From Histomonas meleagridis 2922-C6/04-290x (lineage: Eukaryota; Protista; Parabasalia): a stretch of 64,000 bases of DNA. The notes below the pieces were generated by a model that saw nothing but the letters and a program-made list of their open reading frames with translations, made no database searches and was not told the DNA's origin. Within the stretch, counting starts at the first letter, position 1; every line of letters starts with the position of its first letter. This document shows, one piece after another, positions 1 through 9,216 of the stretch. The position numbers were made by a program, and so were the translations under genes. The stretch covers positions 124,001-188,000 of the forward strand of contig JAANOX010000253.1 in assembly GCA_020184695.1 (NCBI GenBank). Direction: 5' to 3'.

Positions 1-2
1 AG

Positions 3-1178
3 AAAGAAGCACCTAAAGAACAACCGAAGCCAAAAGGCAAAGAGCCTGCAAAGCCCCAGAAAAAGCAACCAAAGGAATCCACATCCGGCGAAGAAGGCTC
101 ATCGTCATCATCTTCTTCTTCATCTTCAGGATCTAATAAGACGACTACACATAACTATGATACTGAAGAAGTTAGCACATCAACAACAGCCACTGAGAAA
201 TTTGATCGTTATGGGTGGTTTATACAGGAACGTAACATATCGAAACAAGAAAAGAAGCTTACGCAAATTGAATCACAGAAAGAAATCGAGCGGTCCTTAA
301 AGTGGAATCAAATGACTGAAGATTGGTTCCGATGGATAACCAAGAAGCCATCAAAAGTTTCACAAAGAGTTAAGAAGGGTATACCCGATGCAATACGTTC
401 TAAAGCGTGGCGTTTAATCACAGATGCGGACTCATATAAGAAGATCATCCAAGTTCCAATGCTACAACTTATCGAAAATAATCCACGACATGAAGCATAT
501 GTAACAATTGACAAAGATCTTAATCGGACATTTCCACAAATTGGATTTTTCTCACAGCCCAATTTCATTGAGTCATTACGTCATATATTATATGCATATT
601 GTCAAGTAGATCCAGAGTTAGGGTATACGCAAGGCATGAGTTTTATTGCGGGAATGTTTTTAGCTTATATGGATGAAGAATCCGCTTTTTATTGTTTTGT
701 AGCTACGATGAAAGGGAAGAAGATAAATCAAAGAGGTTATTTCCTGAAGAAATTTCCAAGACTTTTAAGGTCAAATGAAATGTTAAAGGTATTAATGACA
801 AAGAAATGTCCAAAAGTATTACAAACACTTGATAAATGTTATGTCGATTTATCAATGTTTACCACAAATTGGCTTTTGACTGCATTCCAAACATTTAATT
901 GGCAGCCTGAATTCCAACTTAGAATATTCGAACGATTTTTGTTCTTCGGAACAAGATTCTTGTTGTCGTTCTCATTGTTAATTATCGTAATTCATGCAGA
1001 TAGAATTGTCGGGTTCGAAATCGATAAAGTTTTGGAGGTTTTGCAGCACCCCGACTTGTCCGATAGGATGCAAAATTGGCATTCAATATTGGCACAATTG
1101 GATAAAACGATGCTGTCCAAGAAAGAATACCAAGACTTGATTATAAAGGTCGGTGGAAAAATTAGTGATTTTGATTAA
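3..1178 (+). CDS. TBC (Rab-GAP) domain protein, 5' partial
   Basis: The frame of ORF 312..1178 is open back to base 3 (KEAPKEQPKPK...SSSS...FDRYGWF...EIERSLKWNQM). TBC motifs present: KGIPDAIRSKAW, IDKDLNRTFP, GYTQGMSFIAG (Arg and Gln fingers). Confidence 0.92.
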   Translation, partial: KEAPKEQPKPKGKEPAKPQKKQPKESTSGEEGSSSSSSSSSSGSNKTTTHNYDTEEVSTSTTATEKFDRYGWFIQERNISKQEKKLTQIESQKEIERSLKWNQMTEDWFRWITKKPSKVSQRVKKGIPDAIRSKAWRLITDADSYKKIIQVPMLQLIENNPRHEAYVTIDKDLNRTFPQIGFFSQPNFIESLRHILYAYCQVDPELGYTQGMSFIAGMFLAYMDEESAFYCFVATMKGKKINQRGYFLKKFPRLLRSNEMLKVLMTKKCPKVLQTLDKCYVDLSMFTTNWLLTAFQTFNWQPEFQLRIFERFLFFGTRFLLSFSLLIIVIHADRIVGFEIDKVLEVLQHPDLSDRMQNWHSILAQLDKTMLSKKEYQDLIIKVGGKISDFD

Positions 1179-1710
1179 AGAAAATAAATAATTCTTCGTT
1201 TCACTATTTTTATTTTGTATGTTTTTAAGTGGAAAATGTTTAAATTGCAATTGTGAAATTATGTGCAATGAGTGTGAGACAAATGATGCAATTGAACTAA
1301 TTAATAACTCTGTTTTTCTTTTTCGATTTGCTCATGTTTGAAAAGAGAATTCATTGTAATGAATTTGTGGAATTGATTGGATATATCACATTTTGATTGA
1401 TTCCTTAAGTTACACAAAATTTACTTTGTAGATAAAACGAAAATATCAAATTAAGTAATATGAATACATATATTAAAGCAGTACGATTTATCTGTTATCT
1501 ATTTGCACAAAAAATTTGAAATATATTTGTTAATAAATGCAATTTGACCTTTAATAAAATTGAGAAGATAATTAGTCGGATGATTGAGTGAAATTCACTT
1601 TTTCATAGAGGCCTTATGGTTCTTGTTGGTGAACGTTTATCGATGTGTAAAAAGTGACGCAGTTCTGTATTATTTCATCAACGAAAAACAGGTAATTCTA
1701 ATTATATTTA

Positions 1711-2910
1711 ATGAATCAGTGTACTATAAATAAAGACAATAATTATAAATATAATTCTATGGGATTGTTAACTAAACTTGAACAAATCATTTTTACTTTA
1801 ACGCAAGACAATCTTGAAACTGCAATTGAACAAACAATGGAATTATTTGATATACATTTTCCATATACATTTAATTTAATTATTAGTAATTTAATTTATT
1901 CTGCATTTTCTTCTCATATAAAAATTAACATTTCATACTTAAATTATTTAGAAAAAATCCAAATAAAAGAAGAAGGAATAAATCAAAATATCGCAAAAAT
2001 TATTAAAGTTTTTCGTAATTATATAATAAACATTAATTCACAAGAATCATATTTTTTAATTGAGGAAATGATTGAACGAAATTTAATTGATAAAAAAATC
2101 ACAAACAACATTAAATCAGATTATTTTAAATTTTATAAAACAAATGTTGGAAACAATAAACTAATTCAACATTCTGATGAACTACAATTTAAGAAATATA
2201 TTAAAGAAGGAGTTAATCCAAATGAAATTACGAAAATAATTCGAAATGATGAAATAGAAAAACTTCAAGAAATATCATCACAAAGTAATTTTGATTTTAA
2301 TCAAACAATTGAGCCATCACTTTATGAAAGATGCTCGTTTATTAATAAAGAAAATGTTTCATTAATTGATTATGCAGCATTTTTTTCTTCGGTTAAATGT
2401 TTTAAATATTTACTTATGAATGGTGCAAATGTAATCAATACAGGTAAATATGCAGTTGCAGGTGGAAATCTTGAAATTATTCATTTATGTGAACAAAATA
2501 ATTCATCATTTGAAGATGTACATAAAACAGCAGTTGAATTCCATCGAAATGATATCTTTCATTATGTTTATGAAAAAAAAATCGAAAATTTGGAAGAAGA
2601 TATTCAAAGAGATACACATCTTTCATTAAATGAGAACAAAAAACAGATCATTAATAATTTGGGTTTCATATGTATAACAAGTGGAAATTATGAAATTCTT
2701 TCATTTTTACTTGAAAAAGGAATGGAAATCAAAGATTTCATAATCAATGAAACTGCTAAAATAGGAAATTTATATCTTATTAAAGATTTTCTCCAAGATA
2801 ATCAAATTCCAATATATATTTCAAGATTTATGTTTAAATCAGGAAACAGTGAACTTGTTAAATATATGATACAACATGGTTTTGATGTTAATGCTAAAGA
2901 TATTGATTGA
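1711..2910 (+). CDS. N-terminal part of a DUF3447-like/ankyrin-repeat gene; the ORF stops at the first insert of the ankyrin array
   Basis: Motifs LIDYAAFFSSVKCFKYLL and YAVAGGNLEIIHLCEQ are typical of parabasalid DUF3447-ankyrin proteins. Ends HGFDVNAKD-ID-TGA, i.e. an ankyrin end running into insert 0. Confidence 0.8.
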   Translation: MNQCTINKDNNYKYNSMGLLTKLEQIIFTLTQDNLETAIEQTMELFDIHFPYTFNLIISNLIYSAFSSHIKINISYLNYLEKIQIKEEGINQNIAKIIKVFRNYIININSQESYFLIEEMIERNLIDKKITNNIKSDYFKFYKTNVGNNKLIQHSDELQFKKYIKEGVNPNEITKIIRNDEIEKLQEISSQSNFDFNQTIEPSLYERCSFINKENVSLIDYAAFFSSVKCFKYLLMNGANVINTGKYAVAGGNLEIIHLCEQNNSSFEDVHKTAVEFHRNDIFHYVYEKKIENLEEDIQRDTHLSLNENKKQIINNLGFICITSGNYEILSFLLEKGMEIKDFIINETAKIGNLYLIKDFLQDNQIPIYISRFMFKSGNSELVKYMIQHGFDVNAKDID

Positions 2911-5900
2911 TTTATTTTATTTGATATTTATTTTAACATTATTTTATTTCAAAATAATATTTGGAAATTACTAAAAATTATTAAAACAGCACTTATGTGG
3001 GCATCTGAGAATGCGAACACTGAAATTGTTAAATTACTTCTTGAACAAAAAGGAATTGATATTAATGCTAAAGATATTTTCTTGTTTTATTTTGGATTTA
3101 TTTTAATAATTTGGTATTTCAACATAATGTTTAGAGTTTAATTAAAATATTTAATACAACACTTATATATGCATGTATATTCGGGAACACGAAAGTAGCT
3201 AAATTGCTTATTGAACAAAAAGAAATTGATGTTAATATTCATGGTATTTGTAAATTTTATTTAATATTTATTTCAACATTTTAAAATTTCAAAATAATAG
3301 TTGGGAGTTATTTGAATTGTTTTGGACAGCACTTATTTTAGCATCTACAAATGGCTTCACAAAAATAGTTAAATTACTTCTTAAAAAAGATAATTTACAA
3401 TTTAAAAATAATATTTGGAAATTATTTAAATTATTTAAAACACCACTTATTATAGCAGTTTCAAATAGATATTTTGAAATGGTTAAGTTACTTCTTGCGC
3501 AAGAAGGAATTGACATTAATGCTAAAGATATTTATTTGTTTTATTTAATATTTATATTAATAAATTAATATTTCATAATAATATTTGGAAATTATTTTAA
3601 ATATTTGAAACAGCACTTATTTTAGCATCCCAATTTGGTCATATAAAAATAGTAAAATTACTTCTTGAACAAGAAGGAATTGATATTAATGCTAAAGATA
3701 TTTATTTGTTTTATTTTGGATTTATTTTAATAATTTTATATTTCAAAATAATATTTGGAAATTATTTAAATTATTTAAAACAGCACTTGTTTGGGCATCT
3801 TTATATGGTCATACAGAAATAGTTAAATTACTTCTTGAACAAAAAGGAATTGACATTAATGCTAAAGGTGTTTATTTGTTTTATTTATAATTTATTTTAA
3901 TAATTTTATATTTCAAAATAATATTTGGAAATTATTTAAATTACTTCATACAGCACTTATGTATCCATCTGAAGAAGGTAGTACAGAAATAGTTAAATTA
4001 CTTCTTGAACAAAAAGGAATTGACATTAATGCTAAAAGTATTTATTTGTTTTATTTAATATTCGTTTTGATAATTTTGTGTTTCAAAATAATATTTGGAA
4101 ATTATTTAAATTATTTGATACAGCACTTATTGAAGCATCATGGAAAGGTCATATAGAAATAGTTCAATTACTTCTTGAACAAAAAGGAATTGATATTAAT
4201 GCTAAAGATATTTATTTGTTTTATTTAAAATTTATTTTAATAATATAGTATTTCAAAATAATATTTGGAAATTATTCAAAAATATTTAGAACATCACTTA
4301 TTTATACATCTAAATATTTTCATACAAAAATCTTTACTTTACTTCTTTAACAAAAAGTAATTGACATTAATTCTATTTGTTTTATTTATAATTTATTTTA
4401 ATAATTTTATATTTCAAAATAATATTTGGAAATTATTCAAATTACTTCATACAGCACTTATGTATGCATCTGAAGAAGGTAGTACAGAAATAGTTAAATT
4501 ACTTCTTGAACAAAAAGGAATTGACATTAATGCTAAAAGTATTTATTTGTTTTATTTAATATTCGTTTTGATAATTTTGTGTTTCAAAATAATATTTGGA
4601 AATTATTTAAATTATTTGATACAGCACTTATTGAAGCATCATGGAGGGGTCATATAGAAATAGTTAAATTACTTCTTGAACAAAAAGGAATTGATATTAA
4701 TGCTGAAGATATTTGTTTGTTTTATTTTGGATTTATTTTAATTATTTGATATTTCAAAATAATATTTGGAAATTATTTATATTATTTTATACAGCACTTA
4801 TTAGTGCAGTTCAAAATAATAAAATAGAAGTAGTTAAATTACTTCTTGATCAAGAAGAAATTGATATTAATGCAAAAGATATTTATAAGTTTTATTTAAA
4901 ATTTATATTAATAATTTAAAAATTCAAAATAATATTTGGAAATTACTAAAAATTATTAAAACATCACTTATGTATGCATCTGAAAAATGTTCCACAGAAA
5001 TCGTTAAATTACTTCTTGAACAACAAGGAATTGATGTTAACGCTAAAGATGTTCGTTAGTTTTATTTAAAATTTCTTTTAATAATTTTCTATTATAAAAT
5101 AATATTTGGAAATTATTTGAATTATTTAATACAGCACTTATGTTTGCATCTTCAAAAGTTCATATGGAAATAGTTAAATTACTTCTTGAGCATGAAGGAA
5201 TTGATGCCAATGCAAAAGATGTTCATTAGTTTTATTTAATGTTTATTTTAACAATTCAAAATTTTCAAATAACATTTGGAAATTATTTAAATTATTTTGG
5301 ACAGTACTTATAAACGCATCTTCAAAAGGTCATACCGAAATAGTTAAATTGCTTCTTAAACAAAAACGAATAGATGTTAATGTTCATGGGATTTATTTTT
5401 TTTAATTAATCTTTATTTTAATAATTTTCTATTTCGTAAAAATATTTGGAAATTATTCAAAACATTTAAAACAGCTTTTATGTTAGCATTTGAGAAAGGG
5501 CACACAGAAATCATTAAATTACTTCTTGAACAAAAAGGAATTGATATGAATGTTAAAGATATTCATTAGTTTTATTTAAAATTTGTTTTAATAATTCAAA
5601 ATTTCAAAATAATATTTGGAAATTATTTAAATTATTTAATACAACGCTTATGTTAGCATCTTCAAAAGGTTACACAGAAATTGTTGAATTACTTCTTGAA
5701 CAAGAAGGAATTGATATTAATGCCAAAAATATTCATTAGTTTTATTGAATATTTGATTTAATAATTTTATATTCCAAAATAATATTTGGAAATTATTTTA
5801 AATATTTCAAACAGCACTTACATTATCATCTTTTCATGGTCATACAGAAATAGTTAAATTACTTCTTAAACAAAAAGGAATTGATATTAATGCTAAAGAT

Positions 5901-6234
5901 ATTTATTTGTTTTATTTAGAATTTATTTGTGTTATTTCTTATTTTAAAATAATATTTGGAAATTATTCAAATTATTTAGAACAGCACTTATGAATGCATC
6001 TTCAAAAGGTAATACAGAAATAGTTAAATTACTTCTTGAACAAGAAAGAATTGATATTAATGCTAAAGATATTCATTAGTTTTATTTAAAATTTATTTTA
6101 CCAATTCAAAATTTTCAAATAACATTTGAAAATTATTAGAATTATTTAAAACAGCTTTTATGCTAGCACTTAAAAAAGGGCATAAGAATGTAGTTGCATT
6201 GTTTCGTGAAGGTGGTCAATTGACTATATCATAA
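2902..6234 (+). repeat. Ankyrin cassette array 1: 20 modules (90-nt ankyrin coding unit + ~80-nt AT-rich insert), 170-nt period, terminal C-cap
   Basis: ACA(T) of TAL starts at 2986,3156,3326,3440,3610,3780,3950,4120,4291,4451,4621,4791,4961,5131,5301,5471,5641,5811,5981,6151. The last module TAFMLALKKGHKNVVALFREGGQLTIS ends in TAA at 6232-6234. Insert consensus ATTTATTTGTTTTATTTAAAATTTATTTTAATAATTTTATATTTCAAAATAATATTTGGAAATTATTTAAATTATTTAAA. Confidence 0.96.
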
Positions 6235-6636
6235 TTTCATTGTCAACTATAAAATTTTGTTTACTATAAATCTAACTAAAAAAAAATGAACCTTAATTTT
6301 TCAATTTGTGTTCAATTTGTACCAATCTTTTGAATCGCTCTTTTTTTTTTATCCTTTATTTAAATTATAAAATATAACATTAAATGAGAAAATTTGGGTG
6401 AAATAGAATTGATTATTCACAGTTATTCATGATTGACTTATGAAATTGTTTTATTTCGCATATCTAAAACGTGTTCTTATTTTTAAAAATTCGTTGTTGT
6501 AACAGATCATTGATTTTTTTTTTATAAATTCCGCTTAATCACTTGTTGAACAAGGTTTATAATGTTTCAAAAGTTCCTCAAAAAAAGTGGTATTATTTGG
6601 ATTTAATGAAATAATTATATAAAGCATATCAAATAT

Positions 6637-7493
6637 TTAATATTCAAACTTTAGAAAATAGACATTACCAGCGAACAAGATTGCATTTGTTGAATTGTAC
6701 ATTATCACTAAAAAGAAAGGGTGGTTTACCCAAAATATTGTTGGTTGGTTACTAGAAATATGGCTCTTCGGTCTGTATTCCATGGTCAACACAGCAGCTG
6801 CGACTGTTGATGTCTCAGAAACATCGATTTTCACCTTCTGATAAAATCCTGAAACATGATACTGAAATTCTTCATTAGGGCATTCTGCATTTTCTGAGAA
6901 AATCGAATTCATTCCAAGTGATTTCATAAAAGGAATAAGGTCTATGTCCGATGAGAATTCGAACTTTGGCATTATTAATCTGATATTGGTGAATTAATTC
7001 CTTCCATAAATTCTTTTTCAGTGATTTCTATTGGTTTTATTTCATGTGGAAGACAAATAACCATAGAGTAGTCATCTTGGTAAGGAATTAGAACCATTTT
7101 GAAAGTAGGAAGAATGGCTACTGGTAAGTTTATAGACTTGATGACCATGTAATTCATTGCTATTGAATCAAATACAAACTTGGGATTTGCAAGTTTCCAT
7201 ACGTCATCAGGACTTCCAGTTTTCATATCAAATTTTGTCTTCCATTTAGAATTAAAGCATATGCATTGATTAAAACCATAGATGTTGATCTACTTAAGTT
7301 CTCAACTGCTTTGGGAATTATACCTTTTGTGGCTCTGTTGACAGCTAAATTGATCATATTCATAGATGGTTGTGGAAAAATTTCTTGCTCAAACTTAATA
7401 CCGATTTCATGCAGAAATTGAACAATTAATTTTGAATAGTTGTTTCTTAAACTTTTTAAATTAAGTTCATAATTTATAGATAATTTTTCTCAT
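6637..7493 (-). pseudogene. Serpin (serine protease inhibitor fold), frameshifted
   Basis: Three fragments join into one serpin: ...MVLINAYA/(F)NSKWKTKFD, ...ISD/(L)IMPKFEFSSDIDL, hinge VSETSTVAAA, signature FWVNHPFFLVI...ILFAGNV. Single-T deletions near 7253 and 6975; the 5' end is also disrupted. Confidence 0.82.
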
Positions 7494-7737
7494 CCCTCCT
7501 TTACCGAGTGCTTTTCGAATCAGGAATATTTGAAAAGTTTATTTTTATTTAAATTACACAAACTAGTTTGGAATTCCATTAAATTTGTAGAAACATTGTG
7601 TTGTTTTTGATCAGAAACCGTAATTTTGTGTAAACCTGCCGCATTTAACTTTTTTTATGTCGTAAAGTAATTTAACCGCCAATCTATATTCAAAAAATAA
7701 ACCTCTTACGGTCAATTTTTTTGTGGGGGAATTTGGC

Positions 7738-8832
7738 ATGAAACCAAACAGCCAAGGAAAAACAGTTTATTCCCCAAATACCAGAATAAAACAGTTCATC
7801 ATTGCCAAGCACATCGGATATGGAGGTTATGGAGAAATATATTCTGTTTATACACATAATTCAAATGGATTATTTGCAATGAAAGTCGAAGCAAAAAATG
7901 CAAAAAAGAAGGGAATGGCCGAAGAAATACACTTTCTAAAGAAAATACAAGGCACTCCATATTTCCCTAAGTATTATTGCTCAGGTGAAACAGATGATAT
8001 TAGATTTTTTGTAATGGAATTACTCGGCCCATCAACGTCTGCTCTCCGACGAATCCTCCCGAACCAGAAATACACAAAATATACAGCTACATTTGTTGCA
8101 CGCGAAATGCTTAAATGTATTGAATGCTTCCATGATAAGGGATATATACATAGAGATATAAAACCTGGTAATTTTCTCATACGTCCTGATCGCAGCCATC
8201 CAATTTGTTTGATAGATTTTGGTTTATCTCGCAGATACATAGATCGCGAAACAAATGAGCATTTACCTGAAAGAGAGCATCCAGGATTTGTGGGCACTTG
8301 CTCTTTTGCATCCATTTATGCTCACGAGGGCCATGATCTTAGTCGGCGCGATGATATATTTTCATGGCTTTACACAGTTGTTGAACTTGTTGACCATCGA
8401 CTACCATGGCCAGGTAGTAAAGATAAGGAGGAGACCATCAAAATTAAGCGTACTATTCAGGTTCCTTGTTTATTCAAATCTCTTCCAAAACAATTCCAGC
8501 AGATATACCTTAAGACGTTAAGCCTTGGATTCTATGACAGACCTGATTATCAGTTCTACTATAGGGTAATCAATCGTGCTATTGATGAACTTGGTGGCGA
8601 TGATCAGTGTTTAGATTGGGAGCTGCTAGATCCAACTTTAGTAAGCACAATTTCCAATATACCGCTTAATATGGGCAATGTTAAGCAAACAGTGAATTGC
8701 CATAATAAAACTGCTGAGAAAGAGGTAAAAAGTAACAATTCGAATAAAAGTACAGCGAGCGATGTATCATGTTCTCTAGAAAGCAGTGAATCAAGCTTGA
8801 CAGGTGTCAAATGCAATTGTTCAATTGTATAA
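7738..8832 (+). CDS. Casein kinase 1 / tau-tubulin kinase family Ser/Thr kinase
   Basis: IGYGGYGEIY, AMKVE, HRDIKPGNFL, LIDFGL, GTCSFAS..AH.G.DLSRRDD. First ATG at 7738 (the ORF track starts at GTG 7723). Confidence 0.95.
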   Translation: MKPNSQGKTVYSPNTRIKQFIIAKHIGYGGYGEIYSVYTHNSNGLFAMKVEAKNAKKKGMAEEIHFLKKIQGTPYFPKYYCSGETDDIRFFVMELLGPSTSALRRILPNQKYTKYTATFVAREMLKCIECFHDKGYIHRDIKPGNFLIRPDRSHPICLIDFGLSRRYIDRETNEHLPEREHPGFVGTCSFASIYAHEGHDLSRRDDIFSWLYTVVELVDHRLPWPGSKDKEETIKIKRTIQVPCLFKSLPKQFQQIYLKTLSLGFYDRPDYQFYYRVINRAIDELGGDDQCLDWELLDPTLVSTISNIPLNMGNVKQTVNCHNKTAEKEVKSNNSNKSTASDVSCSLESSESSLTGVKCNCSIV

Positions 8833-9216
8833 ACTTGTTTGTATGGTGTTTCATTCTGTTTGTTTCTGTTTTTTCTTAATTTGTCTTTTTGTTATTTTCA
8901 TTTATAATTTTTTTTTATTAAAATATTGTTCTTTTGGTCTTTTGAAATATATTGGTTATCTCTCCGTTTATATTTATATAAAATCAATAAATGAGAGTAA
9001 TCATTATTATAATTTTTTAATTTAAGTTACAAAATGAAATTTTAAATCAGATTTTATCAATTCATTCAACAGTAATTTATATTTTTTTGTATAACATGAC
9101 TCGAAACACTTTAATATTATCAATTGATCAGAAGATTTCATCAAACAAATATTACCAAATAAATCGCTTTCAATTAATTTTTATTTACATTTTTCTATAA
9201 TTTCTTTATCATTCTC

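Noticed and set aside
1693-1720. Possible 28-nt GT-AG intron upstream of the DUF3447-like ORF
   Set aside because: Splicing links to an upstream frame in which I found no ATG, and the branch motif is poor.
3959-4919. Short ORFs with hydrophobic tails (IYLFYLIFVLIILCFKIIFGNYLNYLIQHL) suggesting membrane-anchored mini-ankyrins
   Set aside because: These are read-through of the T-rich insert; such sequence encodes F/Y/I/L by composition alone, and many inserts have early stops.
2902-6150. U12 (AT-AC) minor introns, given ATATTT/GTATTT at the module end
   Set aside because: AT-AC excision is out of frame, there is no TCCTTAAC branch site, and the minor spliceosome is not known from trichomonads.
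2902-6234. CRISPR array or satellite interpretation of the 170-nt periodicity
   Set aside because: The variable parts are in-frame ankyrin codons, there are no cas genes, and the context is eukaryotic.
7974-8816. Antisense and alternate-frame ORFs within the CK1 gene (and similar ones in HEAT, SAC1, BEACH, TOR, CFAP58)
   Set aside because: Shadows of confidently identified genes.
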